Source: Octopus sinensis (lineage: Eukaryota). From it: a stretch of 64,000 nucleotides of DNA. The DNA is taken from assembly GCF_006345805.1 (NCBI RefSeq), contig NC_042998.1, positions 162,068,001 to 162,132,000 on the forward strand, in the 5' to 3' direction. Shown one piece after another: positions 36,778-48,821 of this stretch (the stretch's first letter is position 1; each line of letters begins with the position of its first letter). The notes beneath the pieces were generated by a model that had not been told where the DNA came from, did no database searches, and worked only from the letters and a program-made list of their open reading frames with translations. A program made the translations under genes and the position numbers.

Positions 36778-39337
36778 TATATTTATATATATATATAGGC
36801 AGGATGGTTACAGCTGGAACATCTTTAATCATAATCTGCCTGGGACTAAACAACAACAGGAGTAGTAGCAGTATTAACAATACCCACAACAACCACTATC
36901 ACAGCAAGTTAACCAAGGTCCACTACAGGAAGTAAATAAGATTGATCATTAGTAAAGTTTACATGGCCTTCTCCATTTCAACAAAGCATTGATTGGAAGC
37001 ATCTGACCTCAACAGACTGTGCCAAAAATATTCACTTTATATTAAGTAGGACTGCTGAATTGACAGATGAATTCCATTATCCCTGCTTGATTAAATGTCT
37101 CATATTTTGGCAGGTGTCCTTTCAAGAGTTGTCACACAGTATTATACTTCTTTATCCACAAACAATTATTCTCTTCCTGTTTTTTTTCTTTTTTATTTTC
37201 CTGTTATCATCATTATCCTTATTTTATCAATATTTTATTATTATTGTTGTTGATGTTGTTATCTACCATCATAGTTCCAATAGTTTCTTGCAGAGTTTTC
37301 TGCTCCACTAACACAGTGTACCTCCATGTTTATGAGGTATGTGGAACAATTCAACACCATAGTCATCATCATGTTCATCATGATTATCATAAACTTTGTT
37401 GTTGTTCTTATTACTATGGCAATGGCAAGCTGGCAAAATCAGTAACATGCTGGACAAAACATTTAGTGTCATTTTGCCTGTCTTTATGTTTAGAATTCAA
37501 ATTCCACCAAAGTTGACTTTATCTTTCACCATCTTTTTTGGGGTTGATAAATAAGGACTGGCTGAACACCAGTGTCAACTGTTTTATGCTAAACATCAGG
37601 TGGACTTGCATTTTTACTTATTTATCTCAACATCTTCAAGTAGAAAATACAAAATTACGCATACAAAATACAAATACATCAAAGTTTCACATATATATAA
37701 TTATGAATTAAAAAACTTAAATCAACTGAGATTTTTCTCTATTATCTTCATTGTCCAAGAATTTCTGTCAGCTAATCTCTCTTAATCTTTTATTTGTTTC
37801 AGTCACTTAATTGCAGCTAGATAGAATAAGTACTAGGCTTACGAAGAATAAGTCCTGGGGTCGATTTGCTTGGCTAAAGGTGGTGCTCCAGCATGGCCGC
37901 AGTCAAATGACTGAAACAAATAAAAGAGTAAAAGAGGGTGTTTGTTGGGGTCTAATGCTACTCAAAAGTTCTAATACCCCCTAGAATGCAAGAGGACTAA
38001 TAGTTCAACTAATGACTTCTCAGATGATGTAAAACTTGCTACCATTATATGCTAAGAAGATATTTTAACTATTTTTTTGTTTTTTTATGTGTGCATGGTA
38101 GTGTCATTTTCAATAAATGTGCTCAGCAGTCCATGCTATGTAAGTGCAAGTCCCAGTGCTTTATGGGTTAAAGCAAATCAACACTAGTAGCTATTAGTTT
38201 TAAAAGTGTGGTTTGGTTCACTGCTTAATTACAAGGATGTAACAAACCAACACCAATTGTCAAGCTGTGTGGGAGATGACAAACACACATACATGCATGC
38301 ACGCACACACACACACACTCACGCACACACATGCATGCATGCAAACACACACACTCACACACACACACACATGCATGCATGCAGACACTCACACTCACAC
38401 AATGCATGCATGTAGACACACACACTCACACACATGCATGCACACACAAATGCATGCACACACAAATGCATACACACACAAATGCATGCATGCACACACA
38501 CACGTGCACACACGTACACACAAACAAACATGCACACACACACGCACATACACACACACATGTGCCCACATGCATGCACACACACTCTCTCTTACAAATA
38601 CACAGTGGGCTTCCACACAGTTTCCATCAGCCAAGTTCACTCACGTGGTATTGGTCAGCCTGGACTTATAGTAGAAGATATTTGCCAAAGATGCCATGTA
38701 GTGGAATTGAACTCAAAGCCATCCAATTTCAAAGAAACTTTCTTAACCACATAGCCAGTCATCACTTGATGTTTTTAGACTTCAGACACACTACAGGGAG
38801 TTTTTATCTACTAACAGCTGGTTTAATCTCAAACAATCAAAGCTTTTGACATATAAGACCCTTCTTTTTTCACATTTTGTGTACAGGCCACTCCGCATGA
38901 AGTATTTTTCTCTCAGCTATTTGTTGAGCTACATATGTAGGTCAATTAAAGCAGGACACCAACAAATATAGTATCTGTCAGCATTACCATAAACACAAGC
39001 AACTTCAATGTAGTTTGCAGTGTGACTGTTGTTGTCATTGCTGATACTTCTACTCATTGATGTCATCTTCATTTTCAGTCAGTTGTGCCAGAATAAATAT
39101 TTCGTTTATGCCACAAACAATTTCATTCTTCCATGTTTTGCCAAAATTATATATGTATGTCCAAGCATGTATCTATGTACCTTATATTGATGTATGTCTA
39201 TTTGTGTGCACATGGGCATACATGCATGCATATGTATATATATATCTATATCTATCTATATATATACATATATACACACACCCAAAAATATGTATATCTA
39301 TCTATGTATGTATACGTACATATGTATAAATATATAT

Positions 39338-39408
<71 letters not shown>

Positions 39409-39533
39409 CGTGTGTGAGTGTGTGTATGTTTATATATATATGAGTGTGTGTGTGTCTCCCTACTTTGTTATTTATAGATGTATATATATATATATATGTA
39501 TATATAATGTATGTATATATAATATATATATGT

Positions 39534-39565
<32 letters not shown>

Positions 39566-39605
39566 CTTGAGGCAGACAGATAGATAAATAGACCGATAGA
39601 ACCAG

Positions 39606-39643
<38 letters not shown>

Positions 39644-39934
39644 CACACACACATACATACACACATGTATACATATCAAGTGACATTAGTTCCATTGACA
39701 GAAAGATGAATGTGTTGTAGGCAAGTGCCAGTACCCAACTGAAATGATGCCAATAGTTTGGTCCAGACCAATCACTAAATAACACATAACAAAGATCTTT
39801 AACCATTTCTGCTTGACTTTATTGAACAGTTCATCATTGCTATCACCAGTGTTTTTCTGTCAAACTTCTCTGTATGTATGTATCTATGTATATATGTATG
39901 TTTGTATGTATGCATGCAAACGTGTATGTAAACA

Positions 39935-39986
<52 letters not shown>

Positions 39987-41511
39987 ATATTAATATACAC
40001 TTGTGCATACACATGCATGTGTGTGTACGTGTGTGTGTGTGTATAATATTCTTCTTTGTATTCTTTAGTGGGTTCCTTTCACCTGACTATATATCTGTCA
40101 TTTTAACATTAAGTTGTGTGTTGCATGTGTGTGTATGTGCTCTCCTCTTTGCTCTCTCTGTCTGTATCTTTCTCTCTTTCTCACTCACTCAAACACACAC
40201 ACACACACACACACTGAATTTATATTTGAAGGCTGAATATTTTTCCGTCTTTGCCGGGAAATGTGAACTCTGGACCTATGAACCAGTCTCTATAGATTTG
40301 GTTAATGCAAACTCACTCACACATCCACATTCTCTCTGTCTCTCCTACACACACACACACACACACACATACATGCATATACAAACACATACATACACAT
40401 ATGCAGCATGCACATGCAATTATAGTTTGACTATAATTTTGACAGTTATCTGTAAATTGCAGTTGCCTTGTTTTCATACAATACAAATCAATTTTTAACC
40501 AACTATATCTCTTCCTCGTCATTTTTTCTACTTCCTATTTCCCTTCCTTTTTTTATTATTATGTTTCAGTTTTCCTCACTTTTCATAATCACAATTATGA
40601 TCATCATTATTATTATCATCATTATCATTACCATCGTCATCAATACCATAACAACAACAACAATAATGATGGGCATCATCATCATCAAACTCACCATTAT
40701 CATCAGCTAGCTGTTTAATTTAGAGAAGCTTGCTCATGTGTACATGGATATATTAATTGCTTGTCAAACCTCACTGCAATATAGTTTTGTTTCATCTATT
40801 TAACCCCTCTTCTCTCCAATATCTGATACTATACATTAAGAATAATTTCATCTGATTTAACCATATTTCAGGGCTGCTTATTCCTTTCCCTTTCTCTCTT
40901 TCTCTCTCTCTGTATTTTTCTCTTGATGTCTTTCCCTCTTGCTCTCCCTCAAAGACTCAAAGACTTTTCCATAGTCTTTTCATGTATAATGTATTTTTGT
41001 TTTTCAAATTCTTATTAACCAATTCCACTTTGGAGTTACTTTTTAGTTTGTTGATTCTTTCACATTAAAATGGTAAAATAAATTACAAATTCTACTTGGA
41101 TAATTTATATTTTTATATTTTTTTACCTTTATATTTTTCTCTATTCTTCTTCCATTTCTAATTGGACTCTATGATGTGTTAGTGATGAAGACTTGCAATT
41201 TTCTACCTGAATATTTAAATGTTTTATCTTAGATGTGACTGTGTGGTAAGAAGTTTGCTGCTCAACCATAAGGTTCCGGGTGCAATCCCACAGTGTGGTA
41301 TTTTGGGCAAATGTCTTCTATATCCTTGGGCTGTCCAATGACTTGAGAGTGGATTTTGTTGATGAAAACTGAAAGAAGCCTGTTATATATATATATATAT
41401 ATATATATAGGAGAAGAAAATGGATAAAATAACAATGGGAAACTCGTGGTTTATGCTGGTATGCCTTTAATTAAATAGGTAACAAAGAAGGAAGAAGCAG
41501 AGATGAGGGTA

Positions 41512-41562
41512 GCATTTACAACCGTTTCGATTTACTGGTTTAAGTAAATCTCTTCAGAATGC
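41512..41562 (-). ncRNA. Minimal type I hammerhead ribozyme (HHR1)
   Basis: The minus strand reads GCATT-CTGAAGA-GATTTACT-TAAACC-AGTAAATC-GAAAC-GGTT-GTA-AATGC. Stem I 5 bp perfect, stem II 8 bp perfect with G10.1-C11.1, cores CUGANGA and GAAA, 2-bp stem III, GUA cleavage triplet. Confidence 0.85.
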
Positions 41563-41800
41563 AAATATAGATAGATGCATCAGTTAGGATGCGAAAATAA
41601 TTGATACATATGTGATGGTAATGTAAACATATATTATTTAGTCAAGGAACTAAAGTCCCTTAAGGGATGCAAGCATCCTAGTTCTCCAGTTCATTGAAAC
41701 ATATAGGTTTTTAAAATACTTTATAATGAGAAAATGAAGAAAATGGAAAAAATTGACGTTCAGACATTATTTATTTAAAGACATTCAAATTCATACATAG

Positions 41801-41891
41801 AATTTCCTGCCTACAGCTGTTTCCACATCCGATCAATTCAAATTTCCATAATCAGAACCAGTCAATTGGGTATTTCTTCAGGGAGAATTTC
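41801..41891 (-). ncRNA. Degenerate second type I hammerhead motif (HHR2)
   Basis: The minus strand reads ...TTCTCC-CTGAAGA-(~50 nt containing caatt/aattg)-GAAAC-AGCT-GTA-GGCAGGAAATT. Helix III ACAGCTGT is palindromic. Stems I and II are imperfect and G10.1-C11.1 is lost. Confidence 0.5.
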
Positions 41892-42107
41892 CAAAAGGAA
41901 GTTACATTGTAACATGTAGGCTTACCTATGACAAAATCAGATATGTATGTTTTCAGGATTCAATGCAATCGAGGCATCTTAATAACAAAGACATGGAACA
42001 CTTTAACAATATTTTAATAAAATTCTTAGTAACATATGATTAAAAATATATAACAGGGATTTCTAAGCATGGAATAGCTGTGAGGGTCCATCCAAGTAAA
42101 ATAGGTA

Positions 42108-42187
42108 TTGGCAAAACTCTCAGACTAGTTCAGTGTTTTTCAAACAATTTTTATAAAAACACTGAACTAGTCTGAGAGTTTTGCCAA
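42108..42187. repeat. Perfect 33-bp inverted repeat with 14-nt loop
   Basis: ttggcaaaactctcagactagttcagtgttttt (42108-42140) and its exact reverse complement (42155-42187). Confidence 0.95.
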
Positions 42188-42371
42188 GCCAGAGTTCTAG
42201 ACTGGTACTTTTTTTCTTATTGACCTTTGAAATGTTGAAAGGCGAGGATGACTCCAGCAGGATTTGAACTCAGAATACAGAGAATCAGAATGAATATTGC
42301 AAAGCATGCTAGCCAATGCTCTATTAGCCTTCGTAATTTGCTACCTTGTTTACTGCCACATTAATAAATGT

Positions 42372-42670
42372 GGAGGCACATGGCCTAGTGGTTAGAACAG
42401 CAGACACATGGTTGAGGGATCATAGGTTCGATCCCTTGACCAGGCGATGTGTGTGTTTATGAGTGAAACACCTAAGCTCTACGCAGCTCCGGCAGAAGGT
42501 AATGGCAAACTTCTGCTGACTCTTTCACCACAACTTTCTCTCACTCTTTCCTCCTGCATCTTGCAGCTCACCTGCAACGGACTGGCATCCCATCCAGGTG
42601 GGGAACCGATACACCAAGGCAACTTGGAAATTGGCCCTTATGAGCCAAGCATGATTCAAGAAGAAACAAA
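42372..42670 (+). mobile_element. tRNA-derived SINE with V-domain-like segment
   Basis: A box tggcctagtgg (42381), B box ggttcgatccc (42425). cctgcaacggactggcatcccatccagg (42571-42598) resembles, from memory, the V-SINE core. Confidence 0.65.
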
Positions 42671-42744
42671 CATTAATAAATATCATGCAAAATAAATATA
42701 TAAATGGTAATGAAATTTTACTAATTATAAGTTATTATTATTAC

Positions 42745-43019
42745 TATTATTAAGGCAGGGAGCTGGCAGAATCATTAGCATGCCAGGAGAAATGCTTAGC
42801 AGTATTTTGTCCGTCTTTTCGTTCTGAGTTCAAATTCTGCTGAGGTTGACTTTGCATTTCATCCTTTCAGGAGTCAATAAATTAAATACCAGGGGTCAAT
42901 AAATTAAATACCAGGCATTGATAAATTAAGCACACTGGGGTCAATTACATTGACTAGTCCTCTCCCCCAAATTTTAGGCCTTGTGCCTATAAAAGAAAGG
43001 ATTATTATTATTATTATAA

Positions 43020-43052
<33 letters not shown>

Positions 43053-43280
43053 GAGTTATCATTAAGGTGGCAGAATTGTTAAAATGCTGGGCAAAATGCG
43101 TCATGTCATTTCATCCATCCTTACATTTTGATTTCATACTCTGCTGAGGTCGACTTTGCTTTTGACCCTTTTGAGATTGATAGAATAAATATGAGTTGAG
43201 CCATGGGATTGATGTAATTTACTTAATCACTCCTTTGAAACTGCTGGCCTTGTGGCAAAATAATAATAATAATAATAATA

Positions 43281-43311
<31 letters not shown>

Positions 43312-43354
43312 CATCATCATCATCATCATCATCATCATAATAATAATAATAATA

Positions 43355-43395
<41 letters not shown>

Positions 43396-43620
43396 AAGAT
43401 TATTATAATTAAGGTGGTGAGCTGGCAGAACCATTAGCACACTGAGCAAAATACATCGCACCATTTAGGTTCTGAGGTCAAATTCTGCTGAGGTTTACTT
43501 TGCCTTTTATCCTTTTTGGGGTCAATAAAATAAGTACCATTCAAGCAGTGGAGTCTACGTAATTAACTAGGCCCCACCAACCACCAATTTTCAGGGTTTC
43601 TACCTACAATAGAAATGATT
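42745..43620 (+). mobile_element. Head-to-tail chain of family B SINEs separated by (ATT)n/(AAT)n
   Basis: Three successive gagctggcagaa...ttctgagttcaaattctgctgaggt..gactttgc...atcctttt...taagtacc units at about 42755, 43065 and 43410. Confidence 0.85.
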
Positions 43621-44368
43621 ATTGTTGTTGTTGTTGTTGTTGTCGTTAGTAGTAGTAGTAGTAGTAATAGTAGTAATTATTTTTATTAGTAATAAAATAC
43701 TGCGTTCAAAAGGTACTTATTTTATTGACCCCACATGGATGAAAGACAAAGTCAATTTTGGTTGCATTATATGTGAGTGTGCACGTATGTGTGTGTGTGT
43801 GTGTGTGTGAGTGTGCTAATGTCTCTTTGTTTTGACATCACATGATAGTTGTAAATGAGAATCCCCATCATGCAAACTGTGTCATTCATTTTGCAATATT
43901 CTGTACAAACATGTCTGACCATGGAGGAATCACATGAAGTTGGTAACAGGAAGGGTATCCAGCCAGAAAATAACTGCCTCAACAAATTCCGTCTGACATA
44001 TGTGAGTATTGAAAAGTAGATATTAAGGCAAGGATGATGTTAATGATGATGATGATGTTGAATGTATTTCTAGACTTGTTCCAAAATCTATGTTGGTGTT
44101 CCAGTCTAAAGAGACAATAATTTCAACTTAGCTTTATTTCAGTCAGTAGTAGCTAAACTAGGAGCTGCAAATTTTAAGCCAGGGGAAATTTCGTTTTGGA
44201 GGAATTTCATGATTCTAGGAGAAAATTTGGGGATTCATGTGGGGAAATATTGTATTCAGTTTCAACATTATTGCCAGATTATTTTTCTGATTGTTCATTT
44301 TAAGGACACTAGTGTTAACTAACTATAATATAAGGCTGTTGATGTTATGTAATAAATTGTGTGATATA

Positions 44369-44585
44369 CAAGCAGGTGCTGAAAACTTCCTGACTTTCAG
44401 TAAAAGAAAATACAAGAGGATCAGTTACTTATGATTTTATTCAACATATTCCCCTCTCAGATTCACACCCTTATTGCAGCAGTCCTTCAGTTTCTCTAAG
44501 CCCTTTAAAAGAACCCAGAAGGTTGGGCCTCCAGCCAGGCCTTTCATGATTCACTTAAAGCCTGGAACTTTTCAGCACCCCCTCA
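44369..44585. mobile_element. Mariner-type MITE, 217 bp
   Basis: TIRs ta|caagcaggtgctgaaaacttcctgactt and aagcctggaacttttcagcaccccctca|ta. TA duplication, no ORF. Confidence 0.85.
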
Positions 44586-44679
44586 TACAAAATGTTTTAC
44601 CTTATGATATGTGGTGAGGAAATCAGAATGGTTCAGACACATTTTACAAAGAATTATTATAAATGTTTTAAAGGCTTGT

Positions 44680-45053
44680 ACTGGCAGAATCATCAACATG
44701 TCAAACAAAATGCTTAGTGGCATTTTGTTCATCTATATGTTCCAAGTTCGAATTCCACTGAAGCTGACTTTACTTTCCATCCTTTTGTAGTTCGATAAAA
44801 TAAGAAGCTGTTGAGCACTGGGGTTGATGTAACTGACTTAGCTCCTTCCTTGAAACTGCTGGTCTTGTGCTAAAATTTGAAACCATTATTATAAATGTTT
44901 CAATACAGAAGTTACGATTCTTAAACATATATATTAAAGCTAGAAATTTGGAAGATGTGTTATTGTTATTATAAGCAGCAGTTGAGCACTGGAGTTGTTG
45001 TAATTGATTAAACCTCTCCCCAAAATTGCTGGCCTTGTGCCAAAATTTGAAAC

Positions 45054-45127
<74 letters not shown>

Positions 45128-45720
45128 GTTTGACTTTTGCTTTATATTTGTACAAGTTGGCTCCAAGTCTCATCCAGAGACCTGAAGAGACAACAGGTTG
45201 GAAGTTCATGTTGTTATGCCTAGTGTGTTATTATTATTATTATTGTCATTATTATAATTATTGTTATTATTATTATTATTGAGATGGTGAGTAGGCAGAA
45301 TTGTCTGTATTTTGGACGAAATGCTTAATAGCATTTCATTTGTTTTTATGTTGTGAGTTCAAATTCCACCAAGGTTGCCTTTGCCTGATGTCCTTTCAGG
45401 ATCAATAAAATAAGTATCAGTCAAGTACTAGGGTCAATTACATTCCCTTAACAGTTCTTCAAAATTGCTGGCCTTGTGCCAAAAATTAAAACTATTATTA
45501 TTATTATTATTATTAAAGTGGTGAACTGGTTGAATCATTAGCATGCCAAATAAAATGATTAGTTGCATTTCATCTCTTTACATTGTGAGTTCAAAATCTG
45601 CTAAGGTCAGCTTTGCCTTTCATTCTTCCAGGGTCGATGAAACATGTGCCAGTGAAGAACAGAGTTTCATGTAATCAAATAATCTCCTCTCCGCAAATCT
45701 CAGGCACTGAGCTGATAGTA
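44680..45720 (+). mobile_element. Second chain of family B SINEs with (ATT)n tails
   Basis: Units at about 44680, 44975 (tail only), 45283 and 45520, each ending ccttgtgccaaaatttgaaacc(att)n or similar. Confidence 0.8.
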
Positions 45721-45942
45721 TAAAGAATTATTATTATCATTACTGTGATGCTGAAACGTCCATGAGTGAAAGGCAGTATGCTTCAACAGAAATATGGTGA
45801 CAAAAGGGTTAAAAAATTAAGCTGAAGGACTTCGACCCTTAATCTCAACAGTAAAATGATGTTACTATAGCCCTTCCCTCCCCAACAGCATTATTTTCCT
45901 TTTCTCTTTGTTGGCTGTTTTTAAAAGAGAAACTATTTCCAA

Positions 45943-46200
45943 TTCTTCTTCTTCTTCTTCTTCTTCTTCTTCTTCTTCTTCTTCTTCTTCTTCTTCTTCT
46001 TCTTCTTCTTCTTCTTCTTCTTCACTGCTACCATCGTCAAATCAAAATGTGGATTTTTTTATATATTTCTGTATATTTATTTCAATTTACTTATTTTACT
46101 TTACATTTGAATCCTCTCTTACTCTTCCCCCCACCTCTCTCTTCCTCTTCCATAGTCTCCCTCCCTCCCTCCCTCCCTTCCTCCCTCCCTCCCTCGCTCG
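45943..46200. repeat. (TTC)27 plus (CCCT)n polypyrimidine tract
   Basis: Pure TTC at 45943-46023 and CCCT repeats at about 46138-46197. Confidence 0.9.
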
Positions 46201-46544
46201 TTGTCTCTCTCTATTTCTCTTTATCATATTATTTTTCTCTATCCCTCTCCATCCCTCGCTCTCTTCACTCCCACCCCTTTCTCCTCTCTACTCACCACAA
46301 CCTCATGCCTCTGTATACATTTCCTAAATTGACTTATTTATTCATTAGCTGTGAATGTTTACAATTTGCTTGACTTAGACATAGATTCTATCTTTCGGTG
46401 TATTTTATTTCTTGCTGATATCATTTTGTGTTTATATGAAAGACATATTTCAGTTCTTACATTTCGCCATTACACAGTAATACAATCTTTTAAGCAAATT
46501 TTCACCGCACAAAAATGTTGTTTAGCAAGTTTCTAATCCTTATT

Positions 46545-46795
46545 ATTGTTGCTGTGTCATTGTTGCTATGCAGACCCATGAGCAAAACTAAAGACATCGA
46601 GGTAATCCAGTGAACATTGGGGAACAACTTAATAGAAAGGGAGTTTCTGTGTGCTAGAAATAGCAGTCAAATGTCTTGCATATTACACCTTACTGTATTG
46701 TTGCTGAGGTCGTCGTTGTTATGCAGATCCAGCTAACTCTCCATAAGCAAAACTATAGATATGAAGATAATCTAGTCAACACTAGAGAACAGCTT

Positions 46796-46832
<37 letters not shown>

Positions 46833-47305
46833 CTTCTACGTGCTAGAAATAGCAGCCAAATGTCTTGCAAACCACACCTTACTTTTTTTTGTTGCTGTAG
46901 TCGTTGTTGCTATACATGCCCAGCTAACTCACCATAAGCAAACCTAAAGACAATCAAATCATCCAGTGACCATTGGAGAACAGCTTATTAGAGAGAGAGA
47001 GAGAGCTTCTGTATGCTAGAAATAGCAGCAAAATGTCTTGCATATCACACCTCATTGTATTGTTTGTTACGGTTTTGTTGTTGCCATGCAGGCCCTGCTA
47101 ACTCTCCATGAACAAATCTATAGACATGGAATCCAGTGACTATTGGAGAACAGCTTAACAGAGAGAAAAAGCGTCTATGTGCTAGAAACAACAGTCAAAA
47201 GTCTTGCATATCACACTTAACAGTATTGTTTGTTGCTATGTAGTCATTGTTGCTATGCAGACCCAGCTAACTCTCCACGAGTAAAATCTAGACATGGAGG
47301 TAATT
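46545..47305 (+). repeat. Tandem array of ~166-189-bp units, each with an internal microsatellite
   Basis: gctagaaa anchor at 46653, 46842, 47015 and 47181. Shared cagctaactctcca, atccagtgac.attggagaacagctta and aaatgtcttgcatatcacac. Confidence 0.85.
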
Positions 47306-48821
47306 CAGCGAACATTCCTACAAGGAAACTGTGCACCACTGGCATAACTCTCGGGGGTCACTGAGGCACACAAATCAACACATTGCAACAGTAACTGGAT
47401 TTTGTGGTGGCACACATTCACATACACATAGTTAACATAATCATATACACACCGCAAATAAACATATTTATGAACAAAACTGTACAAATGCATGCAATCG
47501 AGATGATCCAGTGATGATGGAGTCTCCATGTGGTCAAATGAGTTACTAGAAATGACAGCTAAATCTCCCTCAAATCATGCCCTAATATCTAAAATGGAAA
47601 GCCACATTGGAGAATGTAGTCCTAGATACCCATAAACAAGATAGATATTCACAGTTGGAATTTTTTTGATCAGAGGTTTCTTTGACAACTCATATATATA
47701 TCTTGTTACAGTCATTTGACTACGGCCAAGCTGAAGCACCACTTTGAAGGGTTTTAGTCAAACAAATCGACCGCCAGTACTTATTCTATCATTTTTTTTT
47801 TGCTGAACTGCTAAGTTACAGAGATGTAAACACACCAACACTGGTTGTCAAGCAGTGGAATGGGACAAACATAGGCACAAAGACACACACACACACACAC
47901 ACATGTATATATATGATGGGCTTCAGTTTCAGTCTACCAAATCCACTTACAAGGCTTTGGTCGGCCTGAAGCTGTAGTAGACGACATTTGGCCAAGGTGT
48001 CATGCAGTAGGATTGAACCTGGAACCATATGGTTGGGAAGCAAGCTTCTTACCACATAGCCATACACCTTATTAACGAAGTTTCTCTCTTCTTTTCACTT
48101 TTAGCATCCATTTCCCATGCTGGCGTGGGTTAGACTGTTTGACTGTAGCTGGTAAACCAGAATGTTGCGCTATACCCCAGTATTTAACTGGTACTTTGCT
48201 TTATGAGTCCAACTGGATGAAAAGTAAAGTCAGCTCCTGTTGAGGTAACTAAAATAAACGATTTTTGATTTGGCAAGTTTTTAAGAACTTTAATGCTTAT
48301 CATTTTGGTGCTAGTAATTATTGTTGTAATGGTATTATTCATGGTTTTTATAGTGAAGGTGCTAGTAGTTCAGTGGTGGAGAGGGTGGTGTTGGTGCCAA
48401 TAGTTGTTATGGTGGTGGTGGTGGTGAGGGTGGTGTTGGTGCCAATAGTTGTTATGGTGGTGGTGTATTGTAGTGATTGTAGTTGTGGTAGTGGTGGGCA
48501 AGTAGTTGTTGTAAGGGCACAGTTGTCACAGTGGTGGTATGAATAGTTGCTGTGGTGGTAGTGTTAGTGGTTGTCACTGTGGTTGTGATGTTGGTAGTAG
48601 CCGTGGCATAGGTGTTGGTGGTGGTTATTATATTTGCGATGCTTTTGCTGCATAATTCCAATAATCATCATTACTGCCTCCTTATTGCTGTTGTTATTGT
48701 TCTTGTTGTTACTGTTGTTGTTATCACGGAAATAGTTGATTGAATGCTTCCACTCGATCCACAGATCCATCATACTAGCTATGCTGCAGTTTCATATGGC
48801 CTGAGATCATGTAGTACATAC

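Larger units (their letters stand above)
41410..42107 (-). mobile_element. Probable Penelope-like element LTR relic or retrozyme-like unit
   Basis: Non-SINE block carrying two same-strand minimal hammerheads, a known hallmark of PLE pseudo-LTRs. No RT or GIY-YIG ORF recognised. Confidence 0.5.

Noticed and set aside
40232-40300. Coding-looking segment (AEYFSVFAGKCELWTYEPV on plus, DWFIGPEFTFPGKDGKIFS on minus)
   Set aside because: Open on both strands with weak splice sites, so strand and frame cannot be decided.
34749-42040. Possible plus-strand exon chain (about 34749, 38887, 39079, 41958)
   Set aside because: Several donors derive from microsatellite gtatgt or are weak, joins often hit stops, and one segment lies in the putative PLE relic. 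Consistent with chance in AT-rich DNA.
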